Shown here: in pieces, positions 50,554 through 62,845 of the stretch
Position numbering within the stretch: position 1 is the stretch's first letter
Layout of the letters: the number at the start of each line of letters is the position of its first letter
Source: Paraphysomonas bandaiensis
Lineage: Eukaryota; Protista; Chrysophyceae
Assembly (NCBI GenBank): GCA_965644295.1
Contig: CBFFRP010000371.1
Span: 227,444-291,443 of the forward strand
Reading direction: 5' to 3'
DNA: 64,000 nucleotides
The notes under the pieces: generated by a model
The model's database searches: none
What the model was told of the DNA's origin: nothing
The model's input: the letters and a program-made list of their open reading frames with translations, nothing else
Position numbers and translations under genes: made by a program

Positions 50554-52570
50554 TTAATTTCAGTTGCGCTTTGAAGCAGTGTAAATCACTTCAATCAATT
50601 TTTCGAGATTCTTGGTCGAAACAAAACCTTCTACAGCCTTCACGATCTCAGTGTCATCATCGAACAGCTACAAACAAATAGCAACAGTTAACGCAAAATT
50701 CACGTCGCGTGATAGTATACTACCTTTTCTTTCACATTACCAATAGCTTCGTTGTCCAACATACTTCGCTTCCTGTCAACGTAACGTCAATGACAATGGA
50801 AGATGGTAGATATATTGTATCACACCTGAGTTCAGTTAAAACCTTCAGTGTTACGCCTACAACAACTCTCCTCTCAACGGTTTTGTAAGGCCTATACCCG
50901 TCGCTTTCAGCTTTTTCATTTTTCTGCTTTGGTCGTGATGAAGAATGTTTCTCAGAAGTATTAGACGCGGCAGGAAGACTCTCCATGAAGGCGTATTCTG
51001 CTGTAGCAGTGAAGCTTTTCCTCTTAACTGCAGGAGGAGGAGAGCTGCTGGCGGGCTCAACTCTCTCCGGTGCTGCTGCTGCGGAGAAGCCAAAACCAGC
51101 GCGCTGGGACTTCTCCCAGGACGGAGACAAGTATCCTGAGGCGGGAGATGGAGCTGGAGCTGGAGTGTAACTCCCAGAGGACGGATCGGCGAGGCCATCG
51201 CCAGGAAGAGCATCACCTGTTTCCACTACAATACCCCTAAACACTCAAATGGTGACAAACGGAATAACGCGGTCAAACTACTCACTGTTTTAGGAGTAAC
51301 TCGGCACTTGGACGACGAGCAACTTTCTTCGCCAACTGTCCATACTTATCAGGCATAGAAATATATATTGATAACGGTCATGGGCAATATCTCACCTCTT
51401 GACCAGCAATTTTAGTCTTGATGTTGCTCGCAGTGCTAGCAATCGAAGGTGCAGTGCCATCCTTCGTAGGAATACCTAAAGCAGCCCGCTCTTCCCTCTT
51501 ACCCTGTAAACCGCGGTTCTTAAACAAGGACAGGAGTATGCAGTGTTATTACCTTGGAGTACGGACTATCACTGGTGGACTCCTGTTGATTGTGGGCCAA
51601 TCTAATAAAACATCATCTCATATTTAGTCCTACTTCCCCAATTATAATTTACCTCGGTTCAATGGCGGCTTTGACTGATTGCCTACGCAGGTGAGTCTCG
51701 ACAGTGTGTACGGTGGGCATCAAGGCTGGAGATACTTTTCCCGCATACGCCGGGGGATCGCCTCGATGCTCAAGCGCTTCTTTCAAAGCACTCGCCTTGA
51801 CATCAGCTTCCACTTCTTCTTCACACTCTTTAGAAGGATGAGACACTTTTACATAATCATCATCATCTGATTTCGAGTCTGCAGTAGGGATAGTTGATGA
51901 AGCCGTAACATCTACTGTATCAGGTGACATAACAGGACTTGCAGTGTGTTTCTCATCTTCATCTTGCACCTCATCTTTCTTACAAGCCTATATATAGATA
52001 CATAAATGCTATTAACGACTTAATTCATATGATAATATACATAATCACACCTTATCACATTTGTCATCATATGTATCAACTGCTAATTTCTCATCTGCAT
52101 TCATATGATTCTTTTCATCCAATTTCTCATCAATATTTTTCATAGGAGAACATGCTTTACATGATATCATCTTATCATCTGCCATATCAACCGTCTTGTC
52201 ATCCGTCTTCTCATCAGCAGCCTTCTCGTCACTCTTGTCAACAGCCTTTTCAACAATCTTATCATCCATCTTGTTATCAATTGTTTCATTTGTTTTATGA
52301 TCATTTGAATGTTTAGTTTCATGATATATTTGAGTTGTAGGATCATCCACTATAGTATGATCCTTACTAGAAGATGAAGAATCTATTAATGAATCTTTAC
52401 ATTCAATTGATGTATGATTTATAACATTTGATGGTAATGGTTGGGTTGGTTTCGTTTGACCATGATTACCACTTTGTTTGGATTTATTCTTTCTATATAT
52501 ATATATGTATGTATGTATAGTTAGAGATAGTTGAGTTATATAAGAATTTAACGTACCGTTTACGGGCCAT
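50554..52570 (-). CDS. Hypothetical low-complexity protein; ~9 exons
   Basis: MARKR first exon. ORFs 52045-52350, 51649-51969 and 50732-51244 are linked by GT-AG introns. Ends NLEKLIEVIYTASKRN. Confidence 0.6.
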
Positions 52571-53188
52571 AATTAATAAAATATGAAGTGAAGTATATAA
52601 AGATAGAAGTGTATATGCCTATTGAGGTATATGGTGAATATTATTAGATGAAGGATGTATGGATTATGAGGATAGTGGGTTATGAAGTGTATTGTAGTAT
52701 ATGTACATGTGTATGTGTGCAGTACGATATTATAGAAGGGCAAAAATAATACTAGAATTGTATTCGACACTTCGATCTATGCATGTACTTGTTGTATGTA
52801 TGTGTATATGTACGACATGAAGAAGTATAGAGAGCGTAGATATGTATATGTGTGTTGTGTATATATGTATGTACCAGTCTAGAGTATACGTATATATATT
52901 CTCATAGGAATTAACGTCTATCTTCTTGTATTCCTTCCTGTATTCTTGTATTCCATCCTCTGTATACCATACACTATACAGCAGTATACAACGTAGTCCT
53001 ACTACTGTTGCTGTTACTGGAACAGCTGCATATATACATATATATGAGAGCAGTTAGCTCCATTGCATCAGTCAACAATATATATATAAAGCACTAATCA
53101 ATGCAAATCCATTGTACAATCAACTGTATGTGTATCTAGTGATTATTTACTGCTTGTTTTGGTGGATTGAACATTGCTGTATTGCATT

Positions 53189-54571
53189 ATGCATGCATTG
53201 TCATATCTATTGCTTGCATTGTACACCATATATGCAACTGGTCTACTTCGAGGTAATCATATACATTTATATGACAATGAAACTTTCGTATATGTTGATA
53301 GCACTGAGAGTATACGACGTGTCAGTAACACTTATCAAGATAGTGTTATCATTGCATGGGTGGCACGCTCTGATGGCGAATCAAGAGATGAGATTTTTAT
53401 TTTAACATTTGAAAGGATGCTCGAATATTTTCGATACGTTCCGGTTGTTCATCTTGCTATAGGACTGGGCAATAATGAATATAGTCATTTGATTAATGAT
53501 ATGTTACAAATTTTGCCCAGAAACACCATATTTGCTTTAAATGGAATGCCCAGACAGTATGATGTTTGTAACTTGGCTGCATATAGGATATCAGTGGGAT
53601 ACACCTATCCGGTGGTAATTCATATGGATCAAGAATTAGTGTGGGTTAATCCTGACAACCGTGCTGGTGAATTCGTTAACAAATCGGAGTGCTATAATTC
53701 GCACTTGCCTGCGTTGTATCCTCTTTATGGCTACGTATTTCGCAACTACTACTACCAACCTATTGCTCACTTATCTCATTTTCTTCCCCTTGGTCCAGCC
53801 GTGGCTCGAACAACTCGTATGTTTGTGGAGAGGCATGGCATCAAACGGTCTTCTGATCGTCTTTATCCGTGTTTATTCTCTGGTCGCGTGCACTATGCAT
53901 ACCGTACAAAGTACCATTCTCAGCGGGCCGACTTCCTGGACGCTGTAGATGCGAACGTTGTGGATAAGGAATCTACAGAACGCACCTGTCAAATTACGGT
54001 TGGCGAGGAGAACAAATTCATGCATGTATTGGATCACAATATGTATCTCGAGTTCATGGCTGAAACGGCATTTGTGCCTTGTCCTGCAGGAAACAATCCA
54101 GAAACATTTCGGCATTATGAGGTAGGTCGAGAACACATATGAATGGTTAGAAGTAACATATGCAGGCAATGGCTCTTGGTGCTATACCGCTGATCGTTAA
54201 GGTGCCATATCCAGAAGAAGATTTTCTTCAAGGTATAGAGATATGATTTTCGCGAAGTAAATGTCTCATTGTGTAAGTAGAGTGGGTGGGATATCCTGGC
54301 CCCATATTTGATAGCTGGCAAGCTGCCATAGATTTTGTAAAAGAAATTAACGAGAGGTATGTCACCTGTGTGCGTTGTTGACATAATTGTCAGTGATTGG
54401 ATTTGATATTTCAGTGACCAAAACGCACTGCAGCTGAGGGTATTAACTTGGTATGAAGCTTTTATGGAGTCTCATCGACTTAAAGTTGCTGATGCTGTAC
54501 AGAATTTGTTTAATGTGACAAGTGTAGGGTTCGATAATGTCAATAGTTTAGGAATAGAAAGCTTGAGCTAG
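53189..54571 (+). CDS. Exostosin/GT47- or RXYLT1-like glycosyltransferase; ~4 exons
   Basis: Signal anchor; RNYY..FLPLGP; YPCLFSG; FVPCPAGNNPETFRHYE|AMALGAIPLIV. Confidence 0.75.
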
Positions 54572-54910
54572 TCTTGGACTGTAGAATGTATAAAGCACTG
54601 TTAGTAAAAAAGTAAGTGTATATACGTGTATACTACAATGCTACAATGTGGTAACCACATCTTGTACGGAACAAAACTTTCTTCACTTTCTTAGTGAGAT
54701 AGATGTATAATATATATTTATGCATATGATATAATCGTGTAGCCTAACTGTTAAAAATATGATAACTGAGTATTCACTTGCATCTATTCTTTAGTGTTAT
54801 TAGTACGCTGCCGTCGTATTCACAATCTCAACCAGCTATGACACACATAAGAGTCATAGACATGAGTATCTTTAAAAAATCTACTAAATTATACTATCCA
54901 CAATTTTTTA

Positions 54911-56815
54911 TTAGAATACCTCCTCAAGCTCCTGTGAATCCACCTCCTTCATTTCCACTCCAACATCCATCTCTTCGTCACATTGCTGCAGCGGATTGTG
55001 AACTGCTCCATGCGTCTCGCTAACTACTGTTTTAATACTAGGATCATAAAAAGGTATGATAGGATTCTCAATTACAATATCAAGAATCTTCGTTGAAATA
55101 TCGGGTATGTCAGATATAGGGGAGATTTCTCTAGGCACTGCTGTCAATATAGTTCCACTCGAGTCGCCTTCATATGTCTGCGTTTCTTTTGTCGGTTTAG
55201 GCTTGTCTAAATCTCCTATAAACATTAAGCCAGCAGTTGATACATTGCCTTCTCCTTTCCCATCCTCCTGTACTTTTTTGAGAAGGTACTTGGCACCGAC
55301 TGGTCCTATTATCTGATTAATCAATATGATACCTATCATCGTGGACTGAAACTCGCCCCCAAATGAGTCCTCAAACTTAGATGCTATAATGCCCGCCAAA
55401 CCAAGTGATACACCCGCCTGTGGGATCAAACCCATCCATAAAGTACATCGAACATTGCTGCTCAATCCGGCAAATTTCCCTCCTGTTACAGTCCCCAACT
55501 GCATGCAGAAAGCACGCATCATACAGGCCACAATAGAAAAAGGAAGCGTCTTTATCAAAACAGGAAAATTTATACTGAGACCAACCGCAGTAAAGAATGG
55601 TATGAAAACGTATTTGGCAAATTTCTTGAGATAATCAAGCAACATTTCCCGTTTCTCATTTACAGTGAAGTTTGTAACCACAAACCCTGCCGCAATGCAC
55701 ACTAACAATGCATCTATTGCTATAGGATAATCAGATGATTCCTCAGAAAGGACCAGAATGTAGTCACACGTAAGAAATGTAAAGAATCCGACTGGCAATA
55801 TAAGGTGAATCATATTTGGGACATACAGACAGCCGATAATGAATCCCCCTACAGCAGCACCCATGGCAAACGCAACCACAATCAATGAGATATCAAGGAA
55901 GAACCCCGCACCATCAAATGTTTCTCCAGCGCACATATTTCGTGTAATACCGAGATTAATAGCAAAGAGGGTCAGTACAATGATGTCACCACCCACAGTA
56001 ATGGCTACCAGCATGTCAGTTACCGGACCCTTTGCTTGGAGTTCCCTTACCACTGCAAGAACTGAAGTCGGTGAACGTGCAGATAATATAGTAGCTACTA
56101 GTAGACTCACAGATATACCACATCCAGGAGATAAGTCACCTGACAATAAGCTTGTAAGACGGACCACAACGACTCTGTAGCAAAATACATACCGAGCCAA
56201 GAGAGTAGTGATGATGAACCCGCAGCAAAAGTAAACATGGTACATATAATCATTGTAAAGAGAGTCATTCCAGCTGATATATACAATATTGAGCGAAGAA
56301 GGGGGGCAATTTCATGCCAATGTATTTCAGCACCAGCACTAAAAGCTATAAAACTTAACGCAAACTTGTTTACGTATCCAATCTCTTCCACTTGACTATC
56401 CGTAAGAACTCTTAAAACATATGGTCCACATATAAAACCAATGAGCATGTACCCTGTAATAGTGGGTACTTGAAATTTCTTGAAGAGGGCATTTTTACCA
56501 TAACTTCTTGATACAGCTGCAACTAAAACAAACAATAGCCACGAGCCGTCATAGAGACCTTTGAAATCGAAATAAGATACAGTCATTATTGTCCAGACAA
56601 CAACAATAGTTGTAATCACTTAATTGAATCCGTTTATTATACATTGAATGGTATTCAAGAGACATATGTGCATATGCTATAAGATAGTGGAGTGTATAGA
56701 GCATGTGGAAAACCAGGTGGTGGTGAACTAACTGCTAGATGATGCAATTCATGCATATTATTGAGACAAACCGGGTGTGTATGAAATATTCCATCTCTGC
56801 TGCTGGTCTTGTCAT
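54911..56815 (-). CDS. Cation/proton antiporter (Na+/H+ exchanger family); start uncertain
   Basis: PTITGYMLIGFICGP; ALSFIAFSAGAEI; ARSPTSVLAVVRELQAKGP; PFFTAVG; LIPQAGVSLGLA; NQIIGP. Confidence 0.85.
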
Positions 56816-56936
56816 GAGTATCTTTAATCGATTTTTCAGTTTTTATTCAGATATAGCGATAAATTCTTCTTATGAACTCTAGAAACTACAACACACAACA
56901 TACACACATCTTGACATATACATACAACATCTACAG

Positions 56937-56965
56937 ATACATGCATACATACATACATACATACA

Positions 56966-56997
<32 letters not shown>

Positions 56998-57012
56998 GAT
57001 AGATAGATAGAC
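56937..57012 (+). repeat. (TACA)n followed by (GATA)n microsatellite
   Basis: Directly visible; lies between two divergent genes. Confidence 0.95.
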
Positions 57013-57069
57013 AGATCATACATACATAAATCTTGTTACATTAATAAAGTAAATTATTTATAAACAATA

Positions 57070-58497
57070 ATGTCTGAAGTTGTTCCTTTGTTACAAAGTA
57101 TTGCTAATCGTTTGGAAGCGATTGAATTGCATCTAGGTATCACTGGTGGGGGGAATGCCTCTGCTAGTGGATCTGAAGATCTCCCACGAAGTATTCGTGC
57201 ATTTGATGCATATTGTAGAGATAATTTAGATCCATTTGTTGAAGCATGTGATAAATTAGGTGGAGATGCTGCAACTGTTGGACATCTTGTTAAGGATGCA
57301 TGGAATGAGATGCGTGCGTTCCTTATTATGGCAACTGCCTGTAAGGAACCACCACAGACATCTCTTGGACCACTTCTTTCTAAGATTGGTGAGAAAACAC
57401 GTGAAATTTCGAATTGTGTGCAGCGAAATGAATGGGAAAAACATACGAAAACGTGCCAAGAAGGTGTCCAATGCCTGAACTGGCTTGTTGTCAAGCCTGC
57501 TCCACGCGACTTCATTGAATCGTACATTGGTGGATCTGACTACTGGGCGAACAATATCCGCAGAGAGTATCGTACAACTAACCCTGATCACGTAGCTTTT
57601 TGTGACACCTTCAAGAAACTTCTTCAGGAATTAATGGTAGGTACCTTTGGTGTGTTTGTACTTTTTTGATTTTTGGCGTAGGTTTATGTTAAGGAATACC
57701 ACACCACAGGTGTCACCTGGAACCCCAAGGGTTGTGATGTGAGTGAGTACAATTCCTCATCTGCACCTGCCCCAGCTGCTCCTGCTGCATCTGCTGCATC
57801 AGCCACGAAACCCGCACAGACAACGTCTGCGGCGGCACCAAAGGCTGATCTCTTCGCTGCCCTCAACAAGGAAGGCGCGGTTACCAAAGGACTAAAGACG
57901 GTCACCAAGGAGCAGCAGACCTGGCGCAAGGAATTTAAAGGAGGAGATGCCCCTGTCCCAGCGCCTGTTCCGAAGAAAGCCCCTGCCCCAAAGAAGGATG
58001 TGGTCAAGGGGCCTGCCAAGCTTGAATTCCAACCAAGCGGAAGTAAATGGCTGGTTGAGTATCAGACTGGCGAGGCTGGTCAGGTGACTGTCCAGATAGC
58101 AGATAAGAAGGAGACCGTATATATCTACGGATGCGTTGGAGCAAACATCAATGTTGTTGGCAAGTGCAAGAGTATCATCTTGGATGGATGCAAACGCACT
58201 GCACTTCACTTCGATTCGGCCTTTGCATCACTTGAGACGGTAAATTGTCAGCGTATTCAGGTGCACTGCCGTGAGAACGTACCTTCTGTGGCGATTGATA
58301 AGACTGACGGAATATTGGTGCATCTTCCGGCCTCAAGCCTTGATACGGAAGTAACTGCCTCTAAGTCGTCTGAGATGAATCTCTGCTTCCCCGGCCCTGA
58401 TGGAGAGCCCATTGAGAGACCAATCCCTGAGCAGTACATTCACCGAATTCGTGAAACATCGATCACCGCTGACGTTACAGATTTGTACAATGCATAG
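57070..58497 (+). CDS. CAP1: Adenylyl cyclase-associated protein (CAP/Srv2); intron 57637-57681
   Basis: N-terminal RLE motif; YVKEYHTTGVTWNPKG; LFAALNKEGAVTKGLKTV; KWLVEYQ; IDKTDG; ASKSSEMN; PIPEQY. Confidence 0.95.
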
Positions 58498-59795
58498 ATG
58501 CAAGTGTTTCGTTGAATGCTGAACTACTTGAAATTGGATTGTATCTGCATAATGCAGTTTCGTGCTATTATCCTTATTCTTAAGTTGATAGCCACCTAAA
58601 CTTTTAAGAATTATTCTATTACTCGTTTTTTGTCCATCTATGTCTTAGTGTATATATTGATGACGTAAGATGCATGCTGTTCGTAGGAAGGTAGTTTAAC
58701 AAAATATAACCCTAAAATATGTGTTACTAGGGAGCCTTTCAGGGCGGTTTGAGCCGTCCCTAGAGGACCTAGAAACCTCCTACAACTCCTCTGATACTTC
58801 ATAATAATAACAGTGACTATTTATATGTTCATAGTAACCCAGATGAAACTAGTATATTTTGTTTCCTATGAAATATTATGATTTATAGCTAGTCTTAGTA
58901 TTTAATGAAAGATGCACTTCATATAAATTTTACATGGATAATAATTCCCCAATTACCACCAACACCAAGTGATGGGATCAGGGTTGTGTGAGAATTATCA
59001 TGGGTTGATAACTGGGTTACATCAGTAGAAATATCTTCATCTTATATGCGCACAGGCAGTATTGGTCAATATAGTTATATTTAACCACGGGCAATAAAAA
59101 GGAGGTATTAGGATTCATCTTAATATAAGACAGTATCTGTGAGTTAAATAAAAATAATAATCGAAATACAGTCCAACATAAAGTTTCACTCTATTAACCA
59201 GCTCCAAGCCCAATGTCTCTATTGAGACTGTGGCTGAGTCACATCAGTGTGCCCAGGGCCTTTTACACTCCCTTACTGCTGCATTTTGTTGACCACCACG
59301 CTTCCGACAAATTACCTGTCACACCATGTTGTACACGCTCCAAGCCCCCCTGCCTGGCCTTGCAACCTTCACCCTACTCAACTACTTCAGTTAAACCACG
59401 TGCCTGCACCAATGCAGCGCTGACCGCACCTACGTGCTATCCCCTCAGCAGACAACTTCGTCTCACCCATCGCTTTCTACGGCTACAACCTCTCAGAACA
59501 TGGCTCGTGCGAGCAGGCTCACGAAAACGACCCCCATGGACCCCCTATGCAATCACTGAATACTCTCGATCCCTCTCAACTGTGCAACAGGGCTGCCTTC
59601 TGCCGCCCACTCAACCCAACCCAACATGGTTTGTCTGTGGTCCATCCACCCAGCAGGCTACCCCCTCACCCTGTTCACCTATCACCCCCACAGCCCATCC
59701 ATCTCATTGGATAGACACTGTATTCCGCATACGGTATACTCGACTACTGTACTACTGTGTCCTACAGGATGTATACCATTCCGTGTATACCTCTA

Positions 59796-59942
59796 CTGCT
59801 GTTGGACACATCACCATGTCCATGTACCTGTCTACCTGTACTGTTAGACACATCACCATGTCCATGTACCTGTCTACCTGTACTGTTGGACACATCACCA
59901 TGTCCATGTACCTGTCTACCTGTACTGTTGGACACATCACCA
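59796..59942 (+). repeat. 42-bp tandem repeat, ~3.5 copies, in the element's 5' region
   Basis: Unit ctgttggacacatcaccatgtccatgtacctgtctacctgta. Confidence 0.95.
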
Positions 59943-61529
59943 GCTCTCTCTCACTGTCCAACACACTCATAACACCACTGCAGTGTCATACACACACACA
60001 GTACACTCTACCTCCTCCTAGAAAACCCCCAGACAAACTATCGCCTCTCCCTTACTGGGCGTACTGGTCCACCCACTATTCCTCCTTCCTTCCACAAACT
60101 CAATTCCTTCCATCTTATGATGTGTTTTGCTCCAACGATCACTTCTTCCTGGACACCAAATACCCGGTGGAGTTGGAACTACACGCGCTACTCGAGAGAA
60201 TTCCTGACCTCGTCATCATGCGTCTCCAAAATGTGTTGCAATGTCATTCCAAGGGAATGCAAGGAGTCCACCGTGCCAGGTCCATCAACCATCCCTCCCA
60301 CGCCCTTCAGGGGAAGGAATTCTCCTCCGATAACAGCGGTGACGGACCCAGCAAATCCACCCACACATTACCCTTACCCACTAAGGATGCCACCACACCG
60401 TATGCAACGTTATTTGACTATTTCCCAGTCAAACGGAAGCCACCTACCACCAACCTTACTCAACTGAACACCATGGGAACTCCAGCATTAGCCCCAGACG
60501 GCCCATCCTCACTCTCCACTACCACTCCTGACCTCAGGCCGGATGTACTGCCCAAGGATATTGCCACATACCCCCTACACTACACAGAGGGCCGGGGTCA
60601 CACGCCCTTTCACTCCGATCTGCTGAACAACTGGGTTAGATATGATGAAACCCAAACCATTGCTGCCTCCCCACAGGGAAACCTTTTAAAAGAAATATAC
60701 GCACACATGCTATCCCCTGCCTGTTTAGACATATGGGAAGGATTCATAGCCAAGGCTTCCAGGACGGACAACTATGATCTCATGATATCATTCACGCTAC
60801 CAGAGCACAAATTGGACACCACGCACAGCGCCCTACTAGTTGCCCAGCATCTCGCGAATGGCAACAAACCCTGGGCAGACTCCACTCATGTTGTATCTAG
60901 GCATGTGCGGACCCTTTGCCTGACAAAGGGTATTCCCTCAACAGCCACTGTCACTCTCCGTAAGACACTTATGCAATATGAATCCTCGAATCCACACACA
61001 GGACTACATCTAGACACGGAGGATTTCCAACTGCTACTCGATCTTCTCTCCATACCATACAGGCTATGGGACGCTGTTCAACCGCACCTGGCGCCTGGTT
61101 GGGCACAGCTATCACCATTCTCCAGACAGGCACTAACAGTGCACGCTTCTACCAACACTGTGGTAACCCATGACATCATACGCAGCCAGCATGGGTTTCA
61201 CATACTAAATGCAACAAATATCCCCACCTCCATCATGCACGCTCTAACACGAACTCAGGAGCGGCTATCCTGTTTTCTACAACACCAGACCTCCAGACAG
61301 AGCACCAACATCATCTGGACTTCTGAACCGTCAACTGTACCATCTATGCTACATGAGCAAAGAGAGCAACAGGAACAGAGGGAAGTAATTGCAGTCTCCT
61401 TGTCACCGAGAGCTCGACGTCAACTACGGCAGATGAACCCCACGGACCGTCGACAACTCAGGCTCCATATGTGCGACATGAGCAGAGTCTATCGCCTCAC
61501 CCTCAGACCCTCAGCCCTTCGCACACAAC

Positions 61530-62035
61530 AACATATCCCAAGTGATGGATACTGCGCATACAGCACACTCTATCATCTGCACATTCTTGCTTCAAGCAGG
61601 CGACACACTCGCTCCTGTCTGAAATTAGACCTCAAACAACGCAAGGACCGTCACACGCTAGCATCTTTTATAAATACATTAGGCACCCAAGCGTTCGACA
61701 CAATGCAACGGGAGTGCATGGCCCATCACACACTTCAGCCACTACGACATAAGTTGGATCACGCACAGGCCGCACTTTTAATACCTGCCAAAACAACATA
61801 CACTACGGAGGACGACATAACTCACTGGCTCTCAGTGCGAGAGGTACACCTTTTAGCCTCTACTATCAACCCCTGCACGACGTGGGCGCAAAATGGTAAT
61901 TATCTCAGCATTGTAGGTATCCCTACTGACAAAGTAGCTTATAACATCGCATGGAAGGTGGAGGAACTTAGGAACGCTATTCGTGATAACTACTACCATG
62001 TCATACTACAAGATGCTCACTACTTCCTCTTAGAC
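61530..62035 (+). CDS. OTU-like cysteine protease domain within ORF 59213-62296
   Basis: HIPSDGYCAYSTL (OTU DGxC, Cys at 61553), HWLSVREVHLLA, and VILQDAHYFLL (His at 62018). Confidence 0.6.
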
Positions 62036-62469
62036 CCTGCCGGTCTTTCTACTGCCCTAGACAACGCCCTACTATCTCTTGAAAACACCTTGGCCACCAG
62101 TATACTCTCAACGTCTGACCCCATCGCTCCACCTACACTTCCCGCGGACTCAATCACGAACAACAATAGGACATCAAAGACGACCAGCACCAGAACAACC
62201 TCGTCCAGCAGCACCAAGCCAAGCACGAACAAATCGACAGATTCTGCAGGCTTCAAACCCCTGGAGCACTACCATCGCACAAGAAGATGCAGTTGAAACA
62301 CGCCCAAACTGCGTTGACAAGTCGATGCCAGCCAACCCGAAAGCCAAAAAAGGTCGTAAATTACGATGAAAGTGACCAACCAACGAACCTTCACAACTCA
62401 CACCAATCCACGACCACACGAACGATCAGACCAACTCCAGCACTTGATACCACCAGCTGGGACAAGGAC

Positions 62470-62845
62470 TGGTCAAGAAAGTTCTACATTGCGTACGCCG
62501 ATAACACTGCCAAAGGACTATCCCTTTATGCGAAGAACACATTCCCAGCAGACGTCATCATTGCTGAGTACAAAGGCAAACGCTATCCACTAACAAAGCT
62601 TGAGTCAGTCTGCAAGGCGTTCTGATTACATAGTTCAAGACAGTACTGGTACCTTCGCAATAGATGGCTTTGACCAAGTCCGACAATGTGTAACATGCGA
62701 AGCTGGGTATATTAATGACCCCCTAGCCACAAACATGGCTAATGTCAAGTTTGTCACGAAAAATAAACGCCTCTATGTCCGTACAATACGTCCCATTGCT
62801 AAGGATGAAGAACTTCTCATCAACTACGGGCATCATTACTGGTGT
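62470..62845 (+). CDS. SET-domain lysine methyltransferase, one frameshift at ~62600-62620; C-half in the same ORF as APE
   Basis: KGLSLYAKNTFPADVIIAEYKG ... AGYINDP..NMANVKF....LYVRTIRPIAKDEELLINYGHHYW. Confidence 0.85.

Noticed and set aside
50732-50760. In-frame TGA ending ORF 50732-51244 as a second selenocysteine
   Set aside because: A GT-AG intron at ~50774-50824 changes the frame to KRSMLDNEAIGNVKEK, so the TGA is off-frame.
58741-58772. GC hairpin followed by CTAG as a Helitron 3' end
   Set aside because: Single occurrence, followed by A rather than T, and no matching 5' end found.
59796-59942. 42-bp repeats, and the 28-mers at 37601, as a CRISPR array
   Set aside because: The 42-mers abut with no spacers and the 28-mers are only two copies. 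No cas genes; eukaryotic context.
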